DNA from: Polyangia bacterium
Lineage (GTDB): Bacteria; Myxococcota_A; Polyangia; Palsa-1104; SHYY01
Assembly: GCA_036263495.1 (NCBI GenBank)
Contig: DATAGU010000224.1
Location: 55,408-119,407, forward strand
Length of the DNA: 64,000 nucleotides
Reading direction: 5' to 3'
A model generated the notes under the pieces. That model ran no database searches. It was given only the letters and a program-made list of their open reading frames with translations, and was not told the origin of the DNA. Made by a program: the position numbers and the translations under genes. Shown piece after piece: positions 53,281 through 64,000 of this stretch. Within the stretch, counting starts at the first letter, position 1; each line of letters starts with the position of its first letter.

Positions 53281-53412
53281 GCAGGAGTTTATAGAGGGCT
53301 CATTCGGACTGTCAATGTCAAGAGCGGGGGGCCGCGAAAATACTCCCTGAGGGAGAGGATGGCGGGAACCCGAGGGGGCCGCGGCCTCGCTCGGATCGAC
53401 AAATAAGAGAGG

Positions 53413-54618
<1,206 letters not shown>

Positions 54619-54828
54619 CCAGCCCTCAGTCTTGCACGAAGCGCCGCGGGTGCCAACACCGATGCTGCAAGTCTCTCGCGTCTCCGGGAATCCTCTGTCG
54701 CGGCAGAGCTTTCGCCGCCGGAGCAGGGGATCGCGGGGGAGCCGCAAGGCTGCACGAGCACCGCGGCTGCGTGCCCTCGCCCTGCCGTCTCCGCGAGAGG
54801 CGCTCTCCGCCCGCCGCCGCTCCCCGAC

Positions 54829-55746
54829 TCACGGCGAGATCCCTCCCGAGGAGTCGTAGGTCCTCGAACGAGCGGGCTCCTGCCGCACCCGCGAGCCGGC
54901 CCCGCCCTCGACGCCGGCCGGCGCATCGCCGGGCGGAATGTAGCTCATGAGCTCGAGCCGTCCCTCGCCGAGATCCGTGTCCCCGGTGAGACGGCAGGGG
55001 ATGCGCCGTTCATCATCGGAGAGCCAGATGCGGAAGCGACGCGGCGGCTGGGAGGTCGGCCGCCCGAGGTCGTCGATCCGCTGCGCCTGGGCCTCGATGT
55101 GGATGGCGCGGATCGTCCGTGGCGGCGCCGGGTCCTGCTCGCTGCCCAGGCGCAGCTCCTCGCGCGCGACCACCGTGCAGCTCACCCGGTAGAGCGCGAC
55201 ACCGTCGAGCATCAACTGATCGATCCGCTCCCCTTCGGCGAGCGGCGCGGCGCGCAGCGCGAACAGCGCCGCCACCGGATCCCGTGCCAGCCCCGGCAGC
55301 ACGCGCTGATATTGCTGGTCCTCCTTCGGCGTCGTGAACCGCAGCTTCACCCGGTGTCCTTCGAGCTCGGCGCGGATCGAACGCTCGCGCAGGCCCGTCT
55401 CGTTGCTCACCACCCGCCGCGGCAGCAGGCGATCGGCCTCCAGGATCACCTGATATGTGTCGTCGAGCCGCACGAGCAACCCGAGCCACGGCAGGCTGTG
55501 CGCGTCGGCCTGGATCGCCACCAGCCGCGATCCCTCGTGACGCTCCGGGATCCCCACGGACATGCGCGCCTGCCCCGCCTCGATGGTGCCGACCGAGAAC
55601 TTGTAGACGAAGGCCTCGCCCGCCTGGAACGCGGCCCGGACGGCGCGCGCCTCGGCCACCTCACCCGTGAGCCCGAGCCCGCCGAGGAGGACTCCCAGGA
55701 ACACCCCCCGTCCCCTCTTTCTATAGATGCGTCCCTGTCCGCTCAT
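54829..55746 (-). CDS. DUF3108-like secreted hypothetical protein
   Basis: Signal peptide (VFLGVLLGGLGLTGEVAEA) and GEAFVYKFSVGTIEAGQARMSVG pattern reminiscent of DUF3108; weak. Confidence 0.4.
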   Translation of the reverse strand: MSGQGRIYRKRGRGVFLGVLLGGLGLTGEVAEARAVRAAFQAGEAFVYKFSVGTIEAGQARMSVGIPERHEGSRLVAIQADAHSLPWLGLLVRLDDTYQVILEADRLLPRRVVSNETGLRERSIRAELEGHRVKLRFTTPKEDQQYQRVLPGLARDPVAALFALRAAPLAEGERIDQLMLDGVALYRVSCTVVAREELRLGSEQDPAPPRTIRAIHIEAQAQRIDDLGRPTSQPPRRFRIWLSDDERRIPCRLTGDTDLGEGRLELMSYIPPGDAPAGVEGGAGSRVRQEPARSRTYDSSGGISP

Positions 55747-55771
55747 CGTCTTCACGATACTATGCTCCCTC

Positions 55772-56749
55772 ATGACCATCGGGGTGACACTGGGTGATCC
55801 GGCCGGCGTAGGGCCAGAGCTGGTGGTACGCGCTCTCGCGCAGGAGGGCCAGGGTGACGTCGTCGTCTTCGGCGACCGCCACGTGCTCGAGCACGCCGCG
55901 CGACTGTCGCAGGTCGAGCCGCCGCGGCGCATCGTGCCGGTGACCGAGCTGTCCTCCATTCCGCCCCCCCGCAGCGCTGCGGGCGGGCGCGCCCAGGTCG
56001 CCTACCTCGAAGCGGCCGTCCTCGCCGCGCGCGGCGGCGAGATCGACGGCCTGGTCACCGCTCCCATCCACAAGGCGGCGTGCCGCGAGGCGGGCTTCCA
56101 GTTCCCGGGTCACACAGAGTTCTTGGCCTGGCACCTCGAGCGGCGCAACCGCGTGGCCATGATGCTCGCCGGCCCCCGCCTGCGCGTCGTGCCGGTCACC
56201 ACCCACGTCGCGCTCGCCGACGTCCCGCGCGCCCTCTCCATCGACGGCATCGCGCGCGCCGCCGCGCTCACCCTCATGGCCCTGCGCGAGGACTTCGGCA
56301 TCGAGCGGCCGCGCGTCGCCGTGTGCGGGCTCAACCCCCACGCCGGCGAGGGCGGCCACTTCGGCGACGAGGAGCAGACCGTCATCGCGCCGGCCATCGA
56401 GTCCGTGGCCGGCGGGCCGCTCGCGCACGCCTTCTCCTTCGAGCTCAGCGGCCCGCACGTCCCCGACGCCGTGTTCCGCCAGGCCGCGGCGCCCCCCGTG
56501 GGCGAAGGCCGCTTCGACGCGGTCCTCGCCATGTACCACGATCAGGGCCTCATTCCGCTCAAGCTCGTCGACTTCGAAGAGGGCGTGAACGTGACGCTCG
56601 GCCTGCCCATCGTGCGCACCTCACCGGATCACGGCGTGGCCTACGACATCGCCGGCACCGGCCAGGTCCGCGACACGAGCTTCCGCGCCGCCCTGCGGCT
56701 CGCCCGCGAGCTCGTCGCGCGCCGCCGCCTGCGCGCCCAGACGCACTAG
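55772..56749 (+). CDS. pdxA: 4-hydroxythreonine-4-phosphate dehydrogenase
   Basis: GDPAGVGPE N-terminus, CGLNPHAGEGGHFG, MYHDQGLIP, GLPIVRTSPDHG blocks typical of PdxA. Confidence 0.85.
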   Translation: MTIGVTLGDPAGVGPELVVRALAQEGQGDVVVFGDRHVLEHAARLSQVEPPRRIVPVTELSSIPPPRSAAGGRAQVAYLEAAVLAARGGEIDGLVTAPIHKAACREAGFQFPGHTEFLAWHLERRNRVAMMLAGPRLRVVPVTTHVALADVPRALSIDGIARAAALTLMALREDFGIERPRVAVCGLNPHAGEGGHFGDEEQTVIAPAIESVAGGPLAHAFSFELSGPHVPDAVFRQAAAPPVGEGRFDAVLAMYHDQGLIPLKLVDFEEGVNVTLGLPIVRTSPDHGVAYDIAGTGQVRDTSFRAALRLARELVARRRLRAQTH

Positions 56750-56887
56750 GCAAGCATCTCGATCCCCGCAGGGCCGACGCCGGAGCCGTCGAGCGCCTAC
56801 CCTGCCAGGTAGCGCTTGCCGTCGCTGAAGCGGCTGGCGTTGCGAGCAGCCTGCGCTACGATTTGCCAGGTTGCCGGTAGAAGACTC

Positions 56888-58327
56888 ATGCGCGAACAGG
56901 ACCTGACCCTCCAGATCACGACCGAGGCGCTCCCCGCGCACCTGCGGGTCGCCGTCATCGACGGCCCCGACAGCGGGGCGGTGGCCATCATCGGTGAGGG
57001 GTCGGTGCTCGTCGGGAGCGATCCCGCGGCCCACCTGATCCTCACCGATCCGGCCGTGTCCCGGCAGCACGTCATGCTGGAGCGCGCGGGCGAGAGCGTG
57101 GTGGTCCGCGACTGCGGCTCGCGCAACGGCACCTTCCTCGGGGGCCAGCGCGTGAACCAGGCCGTGGCCACCATCGGCTCGGTGCTGCGCGTCGGTCGCT
57201 CGACCCTGGCGCTGCTGCGGGACGGCATGCCGCAGCCCATCGACCCGGGTCCGCCGAGCCTCGGACACATGATCGGCTCCTCCTCGGTGATGCGGCGGCT
57301 GTTCGGCCTGCTCGGTCGCCTCGCGGCGAGTGACGCCACGGTGCTCGTGTGGGGCGAGACCGGCTCGGGCAAGGAGCTCGTGGCGCGCACGCTCCACGAG
57401 CAGAGCCGCCGCGCGAGCGGGCCGTTCGTGGTCTTCGACTGCGCGGCCGTGCCCGAGTCGCTCATCGCGGGCGAGCTGTTCGGGCACGTGCGCGGCGCCT
57501 TCACCGGCGCGCACCGCGACCACGCCGGGGCGTTCGAACGCGCCCACGGCGGCACGCTCTTCATCGACGAGATCGGCGAGCTCCTCCCCGAGCTCCAGCC
57601 CAAGCTCCTGCGCGCGCTCGAGACGCGCACCGTGCGCCGCATCGGCGATCGCGACGAGCAGCAGATCGACGTCCGGATCGTGGCCGCCACCCACCGCGAC
57701 CTGTGGTCGATGGTGGCGGAGCGACGCTTCCGCGAGGACCTCCTCTATCGCCTCGCCGTGGTCACGGTCTCGGTGCCGCCGCTCCGCGATCGGCGCCAGG
57801 ACATCGCCGATCTCATCGCCCACTTCGCGTCCCAGCTGGATCCGCCGCCGCCGGCCCTGCCGGCCGACGTGCTCGTCCGGCTCCAGGAGCACCACTGGCC
57901 GGGCAACCTGCGCGAGCTCCGCAACCTGGTGGAGCGCGCGGCGGCGCTCGGCTCCTGGCGCGAGGGGCTGTTCGTCCCCACGATACAGCAGCCGGTCGTG
58001 ACGCCGTCTTCGATGTCCTCCTTGTCGGGCGTGGCGGCCGAGATGGGGCCGGCGGCGGTGCTCACGGCCGCGCGCGGCGGCGAGGGGGCGCCGGTCGCAC
58101 ACCCCATGTCGGTGCCTTTCTCCCCGCTGAATCGTCCCCTCGCCGAGCAGCCCTTCCGCGAGGCCAAGGAGCACGCGATGACCTCCTTCGAGCGTGTGTA
58201 CCTGACCGAGCTGCTACGCACCCATCAGTGGAATCTCTCGCGCGCGGCGCGCGCGGCGGGCATGGACCGGAGCCATCTGTCGACGCTCGTGCGCAAGCAC
58301 GGGCTGCGTGACCGCGGGCTCGACTGA
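56888..58327 (+). CDS. sigma-54-dependent transcriptional activator with N-terminal FHA domain
   Basis: FHA (SVLVGSDPAAHLILTDPAVSRQHVML...VVVRDCGSRNGTFLGG), AAA+ sigma54 module (GETGSGKELVARTLH, GAFTGA, ESELFGH-like GELFGH), C-terminal Fis-type HTH. Confidence 0.85.
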   Translation: MREQDLTLQITTEALPAHLRVAVIDGPDSGAVAIIGEGSVLVGSDPAAHLILTDPAVSRQHVMLERAGESVVVRDCGSRNGTFLGGQRVNQAVATIGSVLRVGRSTLALLRDGMPQPIDPGPPSLGHMIGSSSVMRRLFGLLGRLAASDATVLVWGETGSGKELVARTLHEQSRRASGPFVVFDCAAVPESLIAGELFGHVRGAFTGAHRDHAGAFERAHGGTLFIDEIGELLPELQPKLLRALETRTVRRIGDRDEQQIDVRIVAATHRDLWSMVAERRFREDLLYRLAVVTVSVPPLRDRRQDIADLIAHFASQLDPPPPALPADVLVRLQEHHWPGNLRELRNLVERAAALGSWREGLFVPTIQQPVVTPSSMSSLSGVAAEMGPAAVLTAARGGEGAPVAHPMSVPFSPLNRPLAEQPFREAKEHAMTSFERVYLTELLRTHQWNLSRAARAAGMDRSHLSTLVRKHGLRDRGLD

Positions 58328-58360
58328 GCCCGGCTCCTCTCCTCGTCGCTGCTGGTCACC

Positions 58361-58622
58361 GCGAGGTCCCTGGCTCTGCAGGACCCTTCGCGCTCCAGGT
58401 CCTCGGCTCACGCTGGTGGCGTTGCTCTGGAGATGCGGTCCCATGCCTGCGGAGTCGCGCTGCGGGTCCTGCAGAGCCAGGGACCTCGCACACGCTGGAT
58501 CGATGGTGACGGTATTAAAGAACCCAAGTTTCCGGCGGCGGGAGGAGGGAAACTTGGGTTGTTGAATACCGTCACCGCGACCCTGCAGAGCCAGGGACCT
58601 CACACACGCTGGATCGATGGAT
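58361..58622. repeat. composite intergenic element: 20-bp inverted repeat arms (58363-58382 / 58468-58487), two 39-bp direct repeats (58468-58506, 58582-58620) flanking a ~30-bp-stem hairpin (58504-58578)
   Basis: Seen directly between convergent EBP and ffh genes. Confidence 0.5.
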
Positions 58623-58660
58623 GGGGTTGGGAGGGAGGAAGGGGAGGAGGGCGGGGTGGG

Positions 58661-60256
<1,596 letters not shown>

Positions 60257-60396
60257 GTCGTAGGTCCTCGGGAAAAAACGGCTTCTACTAACACGGACGG
60301 GGGGCAGCCACAAGCGACGCGCCGTGGGCCCCGAGCGCGCGCGAATCGCGTATAAAGAGACGCTCCATCCCGCTCAAGGAGAGGCCGAGACCCCCG

Positions 60397-61122
60397 ATGC
60401 ACGCCCACCGCACCAGCACCCTCGACCGCGCCGCGCGCGTCTTCTTCGCCCTCGGCGGCCTCTTCCTCACCTGCCTGGTCGTCTCCGACATCATCGGCGG
60501 GGCCAAGCTGGCCCACATCGGCGAGATCGCCGGCCGGCCCATCATCATCTCGGTCGGCATGCTGGCCTTCCCCATCACCTTCGTCCTCACCGACCTCGTG
60601 AACGAGTTCTATGGCGGCGCCGCCACCCGGTTCCTCAGCTACGTGGGCCTCGGCATGCTGCTCCTCACGCTCGGCGTCCTCCTCCTCGCCACCGCGCTCC
60701 CGCCCGCGGCCCACACCCCCTTCCCCGACGAGATGTTCGGCCGCATCTTCGGCTCCTCGCTGCGCGGCATCCTGGCCTCGGCCACGGCCTACTTCGTGGG
60801 GCAGCTCATCGACATCTTCCTCTTCGGCGTGCTCCGGCGCCTCGCCCGCGGCCGCTACATCTGGCTGCGCGCCACCGGCTCGACCGTCGTCTCGCAGCTC
60901 GTCGACACCCTGGTCGTGCAGTTCATCATCTGGGGCGGCCGCCTGCCGCAGCAGGAGATCTGGGACCTCGCGGCCAACAGCTACGTGCTCAAGTTCCTCC
61001 TCGCCCTGGCCGCGACGCCGGCCATCTATCTCGGCCACGGCGTCCTCGGCCGGCTCCTCCACATGGAGCCCACGCCCGAGGCCCTGGAGGAGGCCGCCCC
61101 GGCGGGCAGCTCCGCGGGCTGA
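60397..61122 (+). CDS. queuosine-precursor transporter family (YhhQ/Vut_1) membrane protein
   Basis: FVLTDLVNEFYG signature and multiple TM helices. Confidence 0.7.
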   Translation: MHAHRTSTLDRAARVFFALGGLFLTCLVVSDIIGGAKLAHIGEIAGRPIIISVGMLAFPITFVLTDLVNEFYGGAATRFLSYVGLGMLLLTLGVLLLATALPPAAHTPFPDEMFGRIFGSSLRGILASATAYFVGQLIDIFLFGVLRRLARGRYIWLRATGSTVVSQLVDTLVVQFIIWGGRLPQQEIWDLAANSYVLKFLLALAATPAIYLGHGVLGRLLHMEPTPEALEEAAPAGSSAG

Positions 61123-61254
61123 GCCGCGCGCGCCCACCGGCGCTGCGCGCCCGCGCGGCCCCGGTGCAAGGAGGGGGACAGTTTGCTAGTTTCGTCCCGC
61201 TTTCATTGATCCGGCAGGGCCGCTCGCCGGCGCGCGCCGGAAGGAGATCGATCG

Positions 61255-61563
61255 ATGCCCAAGTTCGTTGCCGTTGCCAAAGCCGCACAGATCGCCGAGG
61301 GGACCGTCCGCTGCGTCGAGACCGAAGGCAAGCGCATCGCCCTCCTCCGCAAGGGCGGAGAGTTCTTCGCGCTCGCCGACGAATGCACCCACGAGGGCGC
61401 GCCCCTCAGCGAGGGCACGGTCGACGGCGACGAGCTGCGCTGCCCGTGGCACGACGCCTGTTTCAACATCCGCACCGGCGAGGCCACGGCCCCGCCCGCC
61501 GACACCGGGGTGGCCCGCTACAACGTGCGCGTCGCCGGCGACGACGTCGAAGTCGAGGTCTGA
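61255..61563 (+). CDS. Rieske [2Fe-2S] ferredoxin-type protein (NirD/oxygenase ferredoxin-like)
   Basis: CTHEG...(17)...CPWHD Rieske motifs. Confidence 0.75.
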   Translation: MPKFVAVAKAAQIAEGTVRCVETEGKRIALLRKGGEFFALADECTHEGAPLSEGTVDGDELRCPWHDACFNIRTGEATAPPADTGVARYNVRVAGDDVEVEV

Positions 61564-61681
61564 CCCGGGTCCGCCGGGGTCGCCCGGATCGCCCGGGTCC
61601 GCCGGGGTCGCCCGGGTCGGCGGGGCCTGCCCGGTCCGCCGCTCAAATGGACAGCCCCTGGGGCTCGCGTTAGCATCGGCC

Positions 61682-63139
61682 GTGCCCCGCCCAAGACTTC
61701 TTTCTTATCTCCTCACTGCCACCTTCACCTTCTCCTGGCCCGGGTTCGGGTCCGTGCCCGCGGCGCAGGCCACCGCGCCGCCCGGCGCCGGTCCTCCGGC
61801 GGCCGACGCGTCCGGCGTCGAGGCCGAGGCGCGCGCCATCCTCGAGGAGCTCCTCGTGGTCGACACCTCGGCGGGCGACGAGACCAAGGCGTTAAAGCCC
61901 CTCGCCGAGCGCTTCCGCCAGGCCGGCGTGGCCGCGGAGCTCATCGAGTCCGCGCCCGGGCGCGGCAACCTCATCGCCCGCCTCAAGAGCACGAGCAAGA
62001 AGCCGCGCCGGCCGCTCCTGCTTCTCGCCCACATCGACGTGGTGCCCACCGCGGGCCAGCCCTGGACCTCCTCGCCCTTCCAGCCGGTGCTGCGCGACGG
62101 CTACCTCGTGGCGCGCGGCGTGGCCGACGACAAGTCCATGGCCGCCTCGATCGCCGCCGTGGCCCTCGACCTCGCGCGGACGCGGGCCCCGCTCGGCCGC
62201 GACGTCATCGTGGCCCTCACGGCCGGCGAGGAGACCGGCGGCGACGCGGGGGTGCGCTGGCTGCTCGCGCACCGGCGCGAGCTCCTCGACGCCGAGCTCG
62301 CGCTCAACGAGGGCGGCGCGCTCCTCCTCGACGAGCAGGGCGAGCGCGTGGTGAGCGTCCAGCTGCAGGCGGCGGAGAAGAGCTACCAGAGCTACCAGGT
62401 GACGGCCCGCGCCGGCGGCGGCCACTCGTCGGTGCCGGACGCGGCCACGGACCCGGTGACGCGCCTCTCGCGCGCGCTCGTGCGCCTCGGCGAGTTCCGC
62501 TTCCCAGCGCACGTCGAGCCCTCGGTGCGCGACGAGATCGCCCGCCTGTCCACGGTCGAGGCCGCGCCGCTCGGCGAGGTCCTGCGCCGCGTCGCCGCCG
62601 CCCCGCCCGCGGCCCCGATCGCCCCGGCCGACGAGGCTCTCCTCGCCGCCGACCGCCGCGTCAACGCCCTCACCCACACGACGTGCGTGGCCACCATGCT
62701 CGCCGCTGCCCCCCAGGACAACGTCCTGCCCACGAGCGCGAGCGCCACCATCAACTGCCGCATCCTGCCGAGCGAGACGCGCGAGGGCACGCTGGCCACG
62801 CTGCGCCGCGTGCTCGGGGACGACAAGCTCGAGATCCAGCCCCTGTCCGACATCGGCGTGGCCCCGCCCTCGCCGGCGGGCGGGGTGGTGTCCGAGGCGG
62901 TGCGGCGGGTGGCGGCGCGGATGTTCCCGGAGGCGCGCGTGGTGCACACGATGGGGCTCGGCGCGAGCGACTCGCGCCACCTGCGCGGGGTGGGCGTAGC
63001 GGCGTACGGCATCGCCACCGCGCCCGCCACGCCCAAGGAGCTCTTCACCGCCCACGGCCCCGACGAGCGCCGCCGGGAGCGCTGGCTCGCGCCCGGCACG
63101 CGCTTTTTCCGCGAGCTGGTCCGCGAGCTCACGCGCTAG
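61682..63139 (+). CDS. secreted M20 family metallopeptidase
   Basis: Signal-peptide-like LLSYLLTATFTFSWPGFGSVPAAQA; HIDVVP, ARGVADDKS, ALTAGEETGG metal-ligand blocks of M20/M28; GTG start (no in-frame ATG near signal peptide). Confidence 0.7.
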   Translation: MPRPRLLSYLLTATFTFSWPGFGSVPAAQATAPPGAGPPAADASGVEAEARAILEELLVVDTSAGDETKALKPLAERFRQAGVAAELIESAPGRGNLIARLKSTSKKPRRPLLLLAHIDVVPTAGQPWTSSPFQPVLRDGYLVARGVADDKSMAASIAAVALDLARTRAPLGRDVIVALTAGEETGGDAGVRWLLAHRRELLDAELALNEGGALLLDEQGERVVSVQLQAAEKSYQSYQVTARAGGGHSSVPDAATDPVTRLSRALVRLGEFRFPAHVEPSVRDEIARLSTVEAAPLGEVLRRVAAAPPAAPIAPADEALLAADRRVNALTHTTCVATMLAAAPQDNVLPTSASATINCRILPSETREGTLATLRRVLGDDKLEIQPLSDIGVAPPSPAGGVVSEAVRRVAARMFPEARVVHTMGLGASDSRHLRGVGVAAYGIATAPATPKELFTAHGPDERRRERWLAPGTRFFRELVRELTR

Positions 63140-63289
63140 CCCCCCCCCGCGCCGGATCCACCTCCCCGCGTCCCGCCAGAACCACCTCCCACCCCCCTCG
63201 GACCGTCCTCTTCGCCCGCCGGCTGATCGTGCATAAGTAACGGTACTTCTTCGTATCTGGATCCCATTTCGCGCAATTTGAAAATGGGA

Positions 63290-63750
63290 CTATGCGCATT
63301 GAAAGGGCCGCTATGCGCACTGAAAGTGCCACTGCGCGCACTGAAAGTGCCACTGCGCGCACTGAAAGCGCCGCTGCGCGCACTGAAAGCGCCACTACGC
63401 GCACTAGAAGCGCCACTACGCGCACTGAAAGGGCCACTGCGCGCACTGAAAGCGCCGCTATGCGCACCGAAAGCGGCACTACGCGCACTGAAAGCGCCAC
63501 TGCGCGCACCGAAAACGCCCCTGTGCACACCGAAAGCGCCTCCGCCGCGCGCTCAGGCGCCTCCGCCGCGCGCTCAGGCGCCCCCACCGCGCGCTCAGGC
63601 GCCTCCGCCGCACGCTCAGGTGCCGTCACCGCGTGCGCAGGCGCCTCCGCCGCATGGCCAGGCGCCTCCGCCACACGGCCAGGCGCCTCCGCCGCACGGC
63701 CAAGCGCCTCCCCACCAACAGGAAGCGCCTCCGTGCGCGGCTCAGTTGGC
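63290..63750. repeat. two adjacent 21-bp tandem repeat arrays (about 12 x gcgcactgaaagcgccactgc, then about 10 x tccgccgcgcgctcaggcgcc with drift)
   Basis: Seen directly; period 21 keeps all three forward and three reverse frames open, generating heptad-repeat ORFs on both strands (e.g. 63278..63961 +, 63129..63794 -); coding status unresolved. Confidence 0.7.
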
Positions 63751-64000
63751 CCCACCGGGCCGTTGGCCGACCCCATCAGATGAAGCGCCGCCAAAGCGAG
63801 GGTCTATGGGGTCCCCTCGCAGGCGAGTTCCGCAGGACCGGCCTTCCTTTGATCCTTTCGGGCATCGAAGGCCGGTCCGAGGACCTGACTATGAAGCGGC
63901 CTCCTCGTCAAGGCCCGTTTTGTCGATGTTCTGTCTGATGTCCTCTTGCTTCTGGGCATAGCTCTCCCTTCGGCTCTTCAGGAGCCGCTGAAAAATGGCA

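Noticed and set aside
63290-63750. Tandem repeats as a CRISPR array
   Set aside because: Repeats are contiguous 21-mers with no interspersed unique spacers, and no cas genes are nearby.

Overview
This 64 kb window is high-GC (about 70%) and reads as chromosomal DNA from a Myxococcota-like bacterium. That placement is inferred from four eukaryotic-type Ser/Thr kinases, FHA-domain proteins, and a chemosensory cluster with no flagellar genes. About 55 genes are supported. Recognisable ones include a seven-gene che-like cluster (cheW-cheR-cheW-mcp-cheA/REC-cheB-dual-REC regulator) with four ATGA stop/start overlaps, cytochrome oxidase subunits III/IV, purM/purN, adenosine deaminase, rlmKL, a cytochrome P450, two giant kinase-AAA-TPR (STAND-type) proteins, glgC, dksA, clpX, pdxA, an FHA-sigma54 activator, ffh, a YhhQ-like transporter, a Rieske protein and an M20 peptidase. 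The most unusual locus is at 2.9-4.4 kb, where GC drops to roughly 50-55%. It contains a convergent, decayed polymorphic-toxin cassette: an AHH/HNH-like nuclease C-terminal module whose stop overlaps the start of a putative immunity gene, preceded by a roughly 60 nt fragment of a second immunity-gene copy. It sits beside an operon-coupled VWA-TM-FHA protein and a 649-aa cytoplasmic Amidase_2 protein fused to a degenerate LytM/M23-like domain. Other observations: three 33-bp tandem repeats at the P450 start, a FabH-like/FabI-like/CMD cassette between the two STAND kinases, a kinase-methyltransferase translational overlap, a structured repeat element between converging genes, and two adjacent 21-bp tandem-repeat arrays at the window end. 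No rRNA, tRNA, CRISPR array or integrase was recognised. All coordinates come from hand reading plus the ORF track, and start codons are frequently uncertain.
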